Below are positions 1 to 14,067 of a stretch of 64,000 bases of DNA, piece after piece. The DNA is from Azolla caroliniana (lineage: Eukaryota; Plantae; Polypodiophyta). The first letter of the stretch is position 1. Each line of letters opens with the position of its first letter. The position numbers and the translations under genes are program-made. The notes below the pieces were generated by a model. It saw only the letters and a program-made list of their open reading frames with translations, did no database searches and was not told the DNA's origin. The stretch lies in contig JBHGNT010000004.1 in the NCBI GenBank assembly GCA_043228905.1, forward strand, positions 22,754,001-22,818,000. The letters run 5' to 3'.

Positions 1-3000
1 CTAAGCATTTCATTGGAATAAATAAGAACTTTCTATGTTGCAATCGATCAAATGTCTCACTCAAAACACCCTTTGGGAGGTTATGTGAGATCTTGCTAGT
101 AACATGAAGATCATAGCTTTGAGCCACCTACATGGGTCAAAAGTGTTCGTTTATCAAATTAACAATAGCCTAGATGGTTGTAACTTAGCTAGTAAAGTTG
201 CTCAGTGCCTTCAACCTCTTCATTCTACAATGGCATATGGTAAAAGATTTGAACCCAAGTAAATAGGTTGGGAAAAAAGTTGGTGTAGCACTAGGGTATA
301 ACCCTAATACAATGATCCTAAAACCGCACTATATGAAAGGTCATACAATGTACATTGCTAGAATATAGAAAGAGAACGGAAAATCAATCCAAAATATCAA
401 CAATAGTGATTGTACTATTAACGATAATACACTATGATGTACAAGACTTCTCTCTCACACACTCTCCAAAATGACCAACGCCTTACCAAGCCATGTGTTT
501 CTTTTGCACATACTTTTGACTTGGGGTTCATACTATTCCAACCAATCTAGCCTTCCCCTCTAGTGTTCTAGATACAAAAATCTCCCATGAAAGTTTCAAA
601 TTAGTAGTTTGCAATATCTATCTACTTCATTATTATGTAGATACAACATCATCACACACATGTAGCATCCTTATAATGGGCAAATACAATGATCAATGAT
701 CCATATTCACGTAACTTGCGATCCATGATCCTCATTAACTTGGAACAAAGGTGGAAATGGGTAGCAAAGAGGGCCTTGATAAGTGTATTTGGTCTTAGAA
801 GTACGGGATGTATGACAATTCCTAATGCTTTGAATTAGCTTCATAATAAATTGTAATTGGACATTTCAAACTCTTGCCAAGTGGAGAGATGTTAGTACTC
901 AATGACAGAGCACTAATGTTGTTATTCAGGTATTTCGTAAGTACCTAACATTTCATTTCTCTTCCATTGCATAGAGAATCTTACTTCCCATTATCAGACA
1001 ATGAATAAAATGCATGCATTCTATCTATTATAGGACAAAACTTCAAACCTAGGATATTCACAACTTTTTTCATTTCAAGTGGGTCAATATTTTACACAAT
1101 GTATGGTTTATCTTTCTTTCGAGTCTTCATAAGCATAACCTTTCTTTTCTAGGCATTGGGATTCAACATCAAACCTACAATAAATGCATAACTTTTCAAG
1201 GACATTCACAAATTTTTGTGCATCTTTTAAAGCATTTGCCAAAAGAACCCTATCATTTGCACATAACAAAACCATCATTAACACATTTCCAAGGGTAAAA
1301 TCTTCAATGCCTTCTTGGTATAAATTTGTTGACCATTAAATTTTTATCTATCAAATACATAAAGCAAAGAGAGTTGGCAAGTGTGCGCAATAGAAGTGAT
1401 GTTTTTAAAATTTTCATCTTTCACACGTGGACAATATATCACATTCTTGTAAACGCTAGAAATTTTAAAAACATAGGTTCACTCAATACCTTGATTTTTT
1501 CAACGTGTCCCCCAAGATGATCATGGGCCATCATACATGAAAATTTCTTGAAGTTTATGAAACAATAATGTAATCCTTCACATCTCATTTTTGGAAAAAA
1601 AATAAAAATCCTTCACATTTCAAACTACCTTCCCGCAAGACTTAAAGAGTGACAAGTTGTCAATAGTGCTATGATAACTTTGAAACAAGCTTGCCATATG
1701 CCTTCTTTCTATTCTCTTCAACCCATGCCCTAGCTTTTCTTACATTTGTCAGCTAGTAGTTTACACTAAATATTATAACTCCCTCTTTACGGTAAACATT
1801 TGACCAAATTTGTACTCCAAGCATAAAGCATGCTATCTTAGAATGCACAAGGAAACATATATGTAATCTATCCTTTCATTTGTTTAACTTGTCATTCTGG
1901 TCTCTGTAACCTAAAGTGATTGTAATCCTCTTTGTTGCTTGATTGATCACATAAATTCTTAAAATGTATATACAAGCTCAGAAGACTAAAGTTACCATAA
2001 GTCTCAACATGGTTCCCCTTTAAATTTCTCCAAAATTGACCACATCATGTGTTTTATCTTCCACTCAAAGAAATTGTTGGTTAATTGGTTAACTTTTAAT
2101 ACCATTCTTCCTTTTTTATAAACTCTTTGTGTGCATGTAGATGATGAGTTTTCTTATTGTTTGCCACAACGAAACTCTTCAAGTGCTTTCAGATTTCCGT
2201 AATTCCTTAAATCAAATCTCTTCTTCTTTGGGCTAAGTTTGCTAGCTTGTTTATAAGACATGTGCATCACGAAAAAACATTTTGTGAGCCTCATCATACA
2301 ACTTGAAAGCTTCCATTTGTGTGCTAGAATGCATCATTTTGGAGCATTGCCTTTTGTAAGGTTGGACCACAACCATCTTGGAATTGCATAGATGCTCTTG
2401 TAATGTCCATGCACAGATATTGTTGTTTTGCACTACGGTTGAGCTCCACATACTTACATCATTCCATAAATATTCAAATTTTCAATATATTGTTTTTGTA
2501 TGCAATCTACTTTACCCTAGCTTGGCCACTTCATGCTCCATTCTCAATTGTGGGATCATAACAACAAGAGAGGACGAGAATGATTGTATATCAAACATTG
2601 AATCATGTGCTTGTACTTGGCCCAAATGTTGAGTTCAATATTGTTGCCAGATTACTAGTGGCGCAACCTCATTTCAATTGCTCGCAAAGCACAATTGAGA
2701 TAAGATAAACCACAATATGATCATGAAATAACATTGAATTTGAGAAGTTCAATAGATGATAGTCGCTTAACATGGTAGAAACAATTCTCAACATAAGAAG
2801 TGGCTACACTATGTAAGATCCATTTATCTCTATCAATGATTTAAATGTTAATTTGGAGCATAGGCTATAAGTATTCGTCAATAATCAAAATGTCACAATC
2901 TTTGTTGAAAGAAAGTCCTATTGGTGATCCGGATCTTCAAAAGTCTTTCATAAGTGGAGGATGTTTGAAAAATGCAAGTGATGGATGTACATATGTAATG

Positions 3001-5231
3001 AGGGTAGGGTAAGTAATGAAATAAAGGAGAAGGGAGATAACAATAAGACCACTTATTGATGGAAAATTGAGGCTTTATCATTTACAAAGGTGAACCTTTT
3101 ATAGGATTTTTTGCTTGGTAGTAGGTACATTAGAGGGTTGCTTTCAACTCACACAATAGATGTAATTGACTATCAACTAACTTCTTGGAGGAATTTTTTT
3201 GAACCTTTTCCTTTCTCTACCTATTACTTTACTTCATGAGTGATCAACTTCTAACCAATTACATGTGTGATCTTTATGGACACTCAATACAATACCATTG
3301 GTCCATTAGATGTGATATATACAATGGTTGTGTGGCATGAAGTCTGCAAGTTTTGTATGTGTGCTAAAGAATTTTGATGCTTGGTAGATTGTGTGTTTCT
3401 CAAGTTTAGACAATTCACCATGTATATGCATGTCAAGGTTGTACACTTAATAGCCGTAGCAATAGCAATGTGGGGGTTGTCTATTAGTGTCACAAAATGT
3501 TTGTAAGACATGGACGAAAATATGGGAAATTGTCATTAGCTAGAGGGAGCAAATCATTATATTTGCATAAAAGAATAAAGTTAATTGGTGATTGATGTTA
3601 TTACACATAAAATAGGCCAAAAAACAAACACATAAAACTGATTGAAAATGTTGTGGTGTACCGTTTCACAATATCACATGATTTGCAAAAGAAGGGAAAA
3701 TGAAATAAGAAAACTGCCATTTGGACTAAGAAAAAGGAATATGATGTCGGCAAGAGGATTGCCCCTCCAAAGTTTTAAAAAACACAAAGGCATTGCTATG
3801 TCATTGGTCTAAATATTATTAAACAATAAATTAAATCTTGTATAGGATATCTTGATTGTAGATAATGAAGTTCAACACCCATTAACAAGAATTTGTAACA
3901 AAAAATGGCATCTACATTCTTTCTTTGTGAGACGAATTCTCATGTTACTCATTGATAGTTTATTTGCTTGATCCAATTGTATTTCATATTGATCATAGTG
4001 TCATAGTCCAAAGGGTTCATGTGAAAATAAGGAAAAAATGAAACAAAATCATAACATTATTTAACTTAAATCTTTCTTACAATATTTAAGTGAATCTTTC
4101 TTTTCTATGAAACCCACATTGTTGAATGCTTACAATGAGAGCACATTCTTGCCATAATGATCTGAAAACAATTAACCTATATCTCAGTTCATGATCACAA
4201 AGAATCATGTTCTCTCAAAGGGAACAACTCACCTACGTCTACATTTTCTTGTGCAAACTAGAAGCTTAAGAATGACAAATATGAGATATGAGCCACATCT
4301 GGCTACACTTCATTTCTCAACAAGGAAGAAGTGTTATCTTGCAAAACCATATTTGGGGGTCCGAATAACATCATTGTCATGGTTTAAGAGTTTGAGGGAT
4401 GATAAACCATACATTCCTAGGATGGTATCACCTTTTCTCTACAAATGCAGATTTCTTTATTAGCTTTTACACTATTATTCCTACAAGTGCTTGAATGTTG
4501 TCTTGTCTTTGATAGGTAAGACTACTAAAAAACAAATACTATTAGGATATTCAAATTTCAGATATGCTAGCTTATTTAGGTTCATGCCTAAAGCAATGAA
4601 TAATATCTAAATAGATTTAGGTTAGTTCATTCTATGTAAGTAGGCATAAGCAGAAACAATAAAGATAAACTAAAGATCAATGATTTTCCATGAAGACAAA
4701 GTTTCAAAACATAAAACTGAAGACCTGCAACAACACCTACTTGTTACGGTATTTTGAGATTAATGCCTACATTTCTAATGCAACAAACTGCAACATAAAC
4801 CTGAACCATCTACTAATTTTTTTTAGAGGACTTGATGTACACACATGTTCTCATCTTATGTAATCCAATTAGCTGCTGAAAAATTCATCATGAATCCATT
4901 TCGCTTTCGAACACTACAAATAAGACGAAAGCCTACAACATTGCATGCATCTGTGATCAGTGTTGGCATGCTTTAAAGAAGCAGCAGATTTTAAGGAAGG
5001 TTAGAAATGATCGAGATTATATATATTCCATGACAGTTCTCACATACTTCTACGCAGACTAGAGAAAATCTCCAATATTTGACACAAAAATATTAAATTC
5101 TTTGTTCCAGCACTACATAACCTAAACACTAGGTAGACTTTTCTAAGCCCACCGGAAGGATCCCATTAAACTTTGGTTCTCATTCTGTGTTTAAACATTC
5201 ATCTGAATTACAAAATGCACGCACTTGCACT

Positions 5232-5775
5232 TTAACACATTTTCGCCTTCGAAAAATCCATTTCTGGGTGCTGCACCAAGAGAATAAGAACCAATTATTA
5301 GCTCAGTAATAAGCCCAATAAAAGATGTACAAAAGAAACAGATACTACAATAGCTATGCAAATGATTTATCTAATAAGCTAAAAAACAGGGTACAGAAAG
5401 TAGACCGACATCATACCTGAGACATGAATTGCTTGAGTATATCTTGCTTCTTCTGCTCCTCACTGGTAGGAAGCCCCATAGCCTTCTGCCGCTGATCAAA
5501 CTGAAAGATTGATAACATTATCAGGTAATGACGCCAGGATATCCAAGCATACTAGATCATGTTTATACAGTAAAAACAAGGATTGAACATATCAATTACC
5601 ATCATTTTCTCAACTGTTTGGCGTGTCTCAGCATCAAGGTCGGCGAGTTTACTGTTCTCTGGCTCTACTTTCTGGGTATCAATTACTGGTTCTCCTTTCA
5701 CAACACATGTCCACCACTCCATTTGGTTTGCTTTTGTGAGCAAGATTGACAAAGTCTTGCCATCCTCTGCATTTG

Positions 5776-5813
<38 letters not shown>

Positions 5814-5942
5814 TTTATTAGAACCATTTAGCTTAAGCTCTATTTTGTTTTGTTTTTATTTTTTCTTTCGATGAATGAGTAAATACTCAATTTTTGTTGT
5901 AAACCAATTGTCTCATGGGCCAATTTTGGCCTTAGAAGACGT

Positions 5943-5987
<45 letters not shown>

Positions 5988-6148
5988 TACACAAACATGT
6001 ATATATATTATACATACTTCCATAGCTAACCATTTAGCTTAAGCTCTATTTTGTTTTGTTTTTATTTTTTCTTTCGATGAATGAGTAAATACTCAATTTT
6101 TGTTGTAAACCAATTGTCTCATGGGCCAATTTTGGCCTTAGAAGACGT

Positions 6149-6191
<43 letters not shown>

Positions 6192-9100
6192 TACACAAAC
6201 ATGTATATATATTATACATACTTCCATAGCTAGAGGCAGTATTTTTATTCACCAGAAGACCTGATTCAAATTTATTGATCATGGTATAGAAATACTCAGC
6301 CACATCCATATCACCAATACAGACTACCCCCAACTCCGTGCAACTGAGCCAGAAAAAAATCAGACAAGTCCGTGCAACTGATCAAAAAGTGCCGTTCAGA
6401 CAAAAAAATCCATAATGGGATACAGAGGTCCTATTTATATGATCATACTGCTCAAACCTCCCTACAGTAAGGAACAATCTTTCATCGTGGGTCATTTGCA
6501 ATCAGCCAGAAACAGAAGGCCCTTATCCACATCTCTAGAAGCATGCAAGGCTCTTGACTAGAATATGCCTATCTAGAATGGCTCTACTCTGAATGCCAAT
6601 ATCAATAATATTTACAGTTCCTTTGTGGCACGACATGCTACCTCGGCGCACCAACCATAGATCACATTTCAATCATATTAATAACTCAAAAAATCATGGA
6701 ATCATGGATGCAAGCAAGTCTTGAATAACCACAATTAATCCATTTCATAGAAGCAGATATCAGAAGGATTCCACAAACACATGGGATACCAGGAGTAAGG
6801 CACTACATTTCCAAATAAACTTATTTAACAAGGCCAAATTGTTTGCTTCACATACCCAAGCTCCAGAAACAATCATCGGTTCTAACCGGTGCATATAATT
6901 CACCCTGCAAAAATGGACATTAGGAGAAGAGCATTCATATTTATTTGAGATGTATAAACAAAGTTTTCAACAATCATTAAGGAAGCATTTCAAAACTGCT
7001 GCAAGAACAGCATTTGTGATGTATGAAGCAAAACGTTTCTAAATGAACAACTTTTCTTAATTGAGGCTTGTTCGATTAGGATTAAGTTCTCCTGGAGTAG
7101 ACAAACATGAACGACGGATACTCTAGCAGGTTCAGTACAATCGCCACAGTAAAAGACATGCTTCACATATTAACAACTAGTCCAAGATCTTTTGTTCAAT
7201 TGGCATATGAATCACACAAATCATGTGTTCTATACACAAATAAAATACCATACATGCAACTAAAAGGGAAAACAGGTGTACACTACCTTTTTATTTAATT
7301 TCTCCTAAACAAATAATATCTTCTGTTAAGTAGATAGAATGAGATGTAGAAATCAAGTGATAATCCTCCTATCAGATCCCATCATCAGTAATGCTGAGAG
7401 ACTGATACGTTCTCAAGCAAATAGATCATTTCATCATGTATATTATCAATAATACTGCCAGAATACCAAAATAGTACAGCCAGGTGCCAAGGTTTCGTCA
7501 GGAGGCTTGTTATCAGTCATTTTCGGCTAACATTAACATAAAATTTACTGATAGAACAATATGAATTTTATTAATACCTATTTCAAGCAATACTATTGGT
7601 TGAGTCTATTAGGCATTCATTGACCAAAATATAAGCATTGGTGAATTCAATGCACATGTTTGAATGTATGTCTTGTAAAGCAAGAAATCACATCAAAATT
7701 CATGATGCATGGAGATATTTCAAGATAGAGCACCAGTCATATGTTACATATCAATAGAATTGTCATCATAAACAAACTTTAATAATCACCATCAGTTGTT
7801 TGTCTGCACCCTAAGACAGAATGAAGTAAACATTATGTACTATTAAGAAACATACCTTAAGCACTGGTGGCTGTCCCTTTAGACCAGCTGCTAATGAATT
7901 CTTTTTTATTTCACAACCAATTCCACGGGATTTTGTTCCAGGAGGCAGAGAAATTTGGACTGTTACTTCTGCTAGTGTTTGTGTCCAAGAGTATTTCTCA
8001 AGATCTGCACCATTTCCAGCATTTGGCTCTGGAAATATTCCCATATCGAGAGGTTTTAGTCATGAGTAGGATGATTTCATGTATCAACATCAAATAAAAT
8101 ATGGATATCAGCATCAAAATTGAAGTTAGTAAGCCTATTAATTTGAACTGCCACAATCATATAGTGACGACAATTGAATGTAAATGTTCCACCCATACAA
8201 TTGGATAGGGATGAGGAAACTGTTGCACAATGCATACACAATATATTACTGCTACATATAACACTAAGTCTTGTCATTATAAGCTTTTGAGAACAAGAAG
8301 CAAATAAGAAAGGGGATGCAGGTAAAAGGTCAGGGTTCAGGATCACATAGACTGCACAGTAAAAAAATTTACATTCTTTATGGACATTTATCCCACTATG
8401 ATGTTAGAGCAATGACGTTAGCTACTTGAAGCATCAAACGAAAATTTGCAAAGGCAACGATTACTGAATTTGTGCTATATCAAGGATTTATATCCTTGGC
8501 CTCATTTCCAAAGAATGAATGCACACATCTATACTATTCACAAAGCATCATAAAAAGAGGCAATTGAAGATGAACGTTTCATCAAACTACAATATCCTAC
8601 CATAAACTGCACAATTCCGCCTGTTAAACTAATATGTAGATCATTAAAAATTGATCTAACATATAGAAAAATTTCGTAAGGATCTGATATCCTTGCACAT
8701 ACAGTATAAGATCCTTGTGAACATGGATCGCGCAGCAGCAGCAAAACAAAAACAGACCAGCTTATTCAAGATAATGAAACCGAGCAATGAATCAAACCAA
8801 TCAAAGTATGATATAAATAATTGATAGATTTATCATTGACACATGCTTTGATGAAAGTAATGGATTGTTTTGAATGTAACTTACTCAGTCCTTTGGAATC
8901 AGCATTGTCATTCTCTCCATCTTTCATTTCGTCTTTTGAAAGAACGTCGCTATTTGATTTTTCCTTTTCTTGGGATGAAACTGTTGGTTCTTGAGCCGTT
9001 TTCTTCTTTGAATCATCATTTTCGGAAACCGGGGCCTTGCCAGATGTAGAAGAAATGTTCACATATTTCTCCGATGTTTTCAAGGTCGCAGAAGGAGAAG

Positions 9101-9404
9101 CTTCCGTCTTCTTCTTCTTCTTCTTCTCTTTTGCAGAAGCAGAAGCAGAAGAGAAGATCTCGGAGGCACGCTGTGCAAAGGAATCATCATCCGCAGCAGA
9201 GCGCCGTGTCAGAAACTCCGCGACAGTTTCCAAGAAGGGGAAATGCTGGTTGTTGTGTTGCTGAAGGAGACGATCAAGAGCCTCATCGAAAGGTCCTGAA
9301 GAAGAAGAATCCTCCTCCTCATGGGAAGAAGAGGAAGGCTTTTCTGGTCGCTGCTGTTTCAATTCTTCTTCTTCTTCTTCTTCGTATTCAGAGATCACAG
9401 CCAT
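5232..9404 (-). CDS. BOB1: BOBBER1-like NudC-domain (p23/CS) small heat-shock chaperone, 6 exons: 9404-8885, 8028-7856, 6904-6856, 5766-5600, 5500-5417, 5270-5232
   Basis: Starts [10 protein letters not shown]. Spliced product contains [77 protein letters not shown] and ends [12 protein letters not shown]. All introns are GT-AG with compatible phases. Confidence 0.93.
5778..6232. repeat. (CT)n microsatellites plus 206-bp tandem duplication in BOB1 intron 3
   Basis: Unit aaccatttagcttaagctc...gaagacgttaat(ct)n...catagct starts at 5822 and again at 6028. An additional (CT)n tract lies at ~5778-5810. Confidence 0.9.
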
Positions 9405-9733
9405 GGCGGCTTCGGCGAGCGAGCTACAGGAGGAAGGCAGGGAGAGAGAGAGAGGGGAGAGGGCTAAGGAAAAAATGGTCAAGAAAGAAGTGGAGTTGCA
9501 GAGAAGAAGTTTCTAGAACGTTATTTATTTTCTTGACCCTTCCCCTTCTCTTCTCTTCTCTTCTCTTCTCTTCTCTGTGAACACATAAAATAACACAAAT
9601 GCAGAAAGCACAAAATTAATTAGAGTAAAAATAAGAACACAAGAAGAAGAGAAGGCTTGCTTGTTAATAATACAATAGAAAGTGGGGGGGGGGGAGGGGT
9701 GAACTTTGTTCTTTGTTTGTTTTAGGTCATGTG

Positions 9734-10151
9734 TAACAATTGGCGGTTTGAGAGGGTCCAAACCGAACCATTTAGAGATGTTGAAACCTAAATTGAACCA
9801 CGAAACCGTTAAACCAAACCATTATAAAAATTTCAAACCGTTAAGCCATTAAACCGGTAAAACCACAGTTTCGTGGTTCACTTTCGGTTTTTAGCTTAGG
9901 TCAATTTTTAAATTTTTTACATTTTAAAAAATATAAAAAATTCCCCGTGAGAATAAGGCATGAAAATGAAAAGATTATTTAAAAATAATTATTTTTTTTA
10001 AAATTTAACTTCTTCTTTTTTTGGCTTTTTTTTTAAATAAAAAATAAAAAACCGTTTAAACCACGGTTTTTTACTATGGAAACCGAACCGAACCGTTAAG
10101 CTGCGGTTTCGCGGTTCGGTTCGGTTCAAACCGAACCGTTGCCGATTGTTA
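9734..10151. mobile_element. hAT-type MITE, complete copy
   Basis: Termini TAACAATTGGC...GCCGATTGTTA; perfect 8-bp TSD GTCATGTG (9726-9733 and 10152-10159); dense subterminal AAACCG/CGGTT motifs; non-coding. Confidence 0.88.
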
Positions 10152-11394
10152 GTCATGTGTTCGAGTCTCGACTTGGCCAGCAATTTCATGGTCCCACCAC
10201 TGTATATTGAGAACATTACTTGGACATTATTGGCCACATGGCCTCGTACAGCTGGGCAACCAGTCCCCCTGGCACCTGCCTCCTTCCCTTTTGTTACCAC
10301 ATAAACAACAAAAAAAAACACATATAACATGCTCAATTGGTATAGGCTTATCGATACCATCTCATACCTGTTGCCCTCTACTATCGGATCTTCCTTTGAA
10401 ATCATTGAACAAGTGTATCCTCTCGAAGGTGATGAAAAGCCTTCTCAGTTCCCCGACCTAACTTACCGCAAGCTGCTTTCTCCCCTCGACAAATTTGAAG
10501 TCCATGCATGCTTAGGATAGGTCATGCTTTGCATGACAAAATAAAAGAGCACAATGCTTGTAGGAAAAAATAGAAGTACTCTGAACTCTTGTTTTGCTAA
10601 TTGTAGTGCACATTCTCCTGACCGATGGAAAAGTATAAAGACACATCACCTAATGTCTCACCATCCATACATGCCCTTTCTAGAACCACATCTCATGTCG
10701 ATGTGGCAAAACACACATGCATACATTCGTTCATGTTGAGCATAAAATCACTACTAATGTGGCAGAAAATCATTGACTACGACAACTTTGTTGCCTCATG
10801 ATGGAGAAAAATCATCTACACTAATAAACAAGGAAAGTCTCTCATGCGTACATAAACCTTGAAAAGCCATTCATGTTGCTCAATAACTTCTGAAGGTTGG
10901 CTAATCCATAAATGAGGAGATACAACTTTGGCATCCAATGCATAACATAAACCTTGATAAGCCATTCATGTAACTCAATAACTTCTAGAGATTGGCTAAT
11001 CCATAAATGAGAAGATACAAATTTGGCCTCCAACTAGCATGATTAGCTCAATTATGGCAAGCTATATAGGGAATAAAAGGTTACCTAATGGGTTCAACGC
11101 GATTATAAATGAGCACTCAATGAACCAAGCTTACGACCAAAATATTTCGTTGTCGATCATTTGGTTATACTATGAGTAATTACGAAAGAAACTTGATTTC
11201 AATGGAAAATGATATGTTGGTGTTTTGTGGACGTCAAGAAACCAATTAACACCTCACTAAGAAGTTAGCTTCATAAGATAATGATAAAGATCATAATGTC
11301 ATCATAGTATATCTCATCTATAGCACTAGTCCATAAGCAAAGCTAAATGCCAATTAAAAATGAATAATGATTTCTCAAAGCAATTCTTGAGCGA

Positions 11395-11560
11395 CATGTA
11401 ATTCAAACAAGGGTGGCCATTGTCTCCCACGCTCTTTGGTCTAGATATTGATATTAAACTAAAAGGAACTATAAACAAGGTTGCAAAAGAAGAAGGATTA
11501 GATGGTCAAAACTCGTGCAAGAGGCTATTCTTATTTTTCTTATATGCCAATGATTGTTAT
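11395..11560 (+). pseudogene. Degenerate LINE reverse transcriptase fragment
   Basis: Translates to KQGWPLSPTLFG...FLYAND, matching the LINE RT motifs QGCPLSP and YADD in degraded form. Confidence 0.6.
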
Positions 11561-13553
11561 AAACATATAACCTTACGGAGCAATTATGTTACTAATTTTA
11601 ATGGGTTAAAGGTAGGAAAGTGGGAAAATCGGTTATCCTAAGAATTGGACAAACCCACAAGGACCTATGACACATAGTGTTTTGGGAGCCTAAGGTGTTG
11701 AGCTATGTAATGGGGATTGGCTACCCCTTTCATTGCGACATCTTGAAAGTTGAGACATCGATGATACTCTATTGGTGCATAGGCTAATTGTTTCAAATAT
11801 ATTCAATGGTACAAGACGCAAATGGTAGTATTTTATGTTCATCTGTCGTCCTTCACTTGGAGATGATCAAAGTGGTTAAGCACTCGTAAACCATTCTTAT
11901 AGATGGTGGGGTGGGAGCCAAAGGTTTTGGGATATATAAAGGGGATCATATACTCCCTTCACTATGGCATATTGAGATGTTGCAAAGAGTTTATTGGTGA
12001 GGCAAAGCTCTCTTATTTAATGTGATTTCATCACAACAACCACGGTATAACAAAATGTAATATTTAGTGGTATGGTACACTAATGGTACTTTATGGTACA
12101 CTAGTGGTATCGCTCAAGGGTGTTCAATGTGGTTAAGCACCCTTAAACCATTCTCTTCTTAATCAAAATATTCATTGGTTAAAATTAGTATTTTGATTCG
12201 TAATAACGTGTATGAACATATGCATCAAAACATGTACGATTAGAGCATAGACTAGGAAACTAGTATGCATGCATGAACATAACATAGATAAAGAATCTAG
12301 TATGAATGTATTTGTCAAAACATATCATAACATAACATGTACAAATGGAGCATAGACAAAGCATTGAGCGTGCATATAGTGGAGAAGAGAACACTAAGAG
12401 AACCGCTTATTGATGAGGGAGATGTCAAAGATGTCAATCGTGGGATGATAGGAGAGATGTTTGAGTGAAGGGAGTTTCAGAATAATGACTCCCTCGTCTT
12501 TATTTCTTTATATGTAAAAAAAGGTAAGTGGTCAAAATTTTCGGCACTTCTACTCATTCAAAAAACAATTATACAAATAATAAACATCCACTCTTTACGA
12601 AACAAGATGCGATCATTTGAACAAGCATCTATCATGTCATGATTTATTCCCCACTGATGGTAATGCTTTCTTTACATCTCCAAGAGATTTCGACATAGCA
12701 TTGTCCTTGGCAATTTTTCTTTCTCGACACTTCAAACAACGAATTCACGCTAGTGTCACTTTATCCAAAAATTATTTCTAAATGTAATTAGCCCAATAGT
12801 ATTTTAAGTTTTGACACATGAGCTTCATTGTATAATCACTCTTTTCATAAAGTGTGAATCAAAGCATATTCCTTTTACACCAAAACATGTGTGATATAAG
12901 TACATTCTCATTAACTAATGTATCTAACATCTCGCTCATTTCATTGATCTCTTGACCAATTTGCATATTAATATCATGATTATCCACCCCATCATACCCC
13001 CTTTGCAATATGCACAATATGATCACGACTTAATGGCTTAATGTTTGAAATGCTTCGATTTAGTTTTGGAATTTTGTAAGCAATTTGGTTTTGTTTGGGG
13101 ATTCAAGGGTTTGATTCGGTTTATTTTGAACCATTATTGGATTAATAGTTTGCATTTTAACCAACTTTAAACGAAGAGTTAAATGGCTTAAATGATAATT
13201 GGATATGGTTTAGTTAACTTATAGTAGGATAATCCCCCAATCTATGTATAGTTGACTAACCCATAGGTTGAGGGATCGATAGGTGGTATTGTGAAAGAAG
13301 AAAAAAATGAGATGGTCGGTAGAGACATTGATTCGATAAGTGTGAACGGTCGGTAGAGACGTCGATTCGTGCTTTGGTTCACGAGAAACATTTTTTCTGG
13401 TTTTGGGAAACTTTGATTTAAAATAGGACTCATGGAGATTGGCCATGTATGCCACCCATTTCCATGGAATTTTCATCAATTCGCTCTAATTGAGAAAACA
13501 AGCTTTCCGTCTATGGAAGGTATTTAGATTTAATTTCTTCATCCTGTATCCTT

Positions 13554-13760
13554 CGATAGATAGTGAGAAAGGCCAAAAATGTAATTTCTCACTGTTTATG
13601 AATAAGTATATAACTTAATAGAAAATGAGGGTTTTTTGTGTGCCAAAAAATAAAATAAAATTGTGTCTTCTTTTTTTGTGCTCTTCTCTATGTGTGTGTT
13701 GTTCACCATTCTTCTACAAGAAAAACAACAACTCGTTCACTTCCCGTTGCTCCTCCAATA
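13554..13760 (+). repeat. Copia 5' LTR
   Basis: Aligns with 17329-17519 (tagtgagaaa...gtaatttctcact...ttcccgttgctcctccaa). Followed by the tRNA-iMet PBS. Termini are mutated to CG...TA. Confidence 0.88.
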
Positions 13761-14067
13761 GTGGTATCAGAGCCTGGTCATTTGTGGTGGAAATCACTGG
13801 TGTTTTCTCTGTCTTTCCCCCTATGCGCATGCTGTTTTGTTAGGAACTTGTTGAACAGAGATAATATCCAATACTTGCTTCTGTAGTAACTTTTTTCGAG
13901 CCAATTTTTTGGGGGAAATAGACCTTTGAAAGTTATCTTTGTTTCTCCAAACCTAAAAACAAAGAGGACTCACTGTTTCTAGTATACTAAAGAGAGGATT
14001 TACATGTTAAATACTTGCATTTGTTTTCAATGCTTGTTCGCTTGATGTGAGATTGTGACATTGGAAG

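Noticed and set aside
8766-9482. 238-aa ORF as a stand-alone protein
   Set aside because: It starts at a non-ATG codon in the 5' UTR and reads into intron 1. The real CDS starts at 9404 and splices at 8885.
9037-9580. Plus-strand ORFs of 75 and 168 aa
   Set aside because: Antisense shadows of the low-complexity BOB1 exon 1.
9998-10405. 135-aa minus-strand ORF
   Set aside because: It runs across the MITE boundary, so it is a chance ORF.
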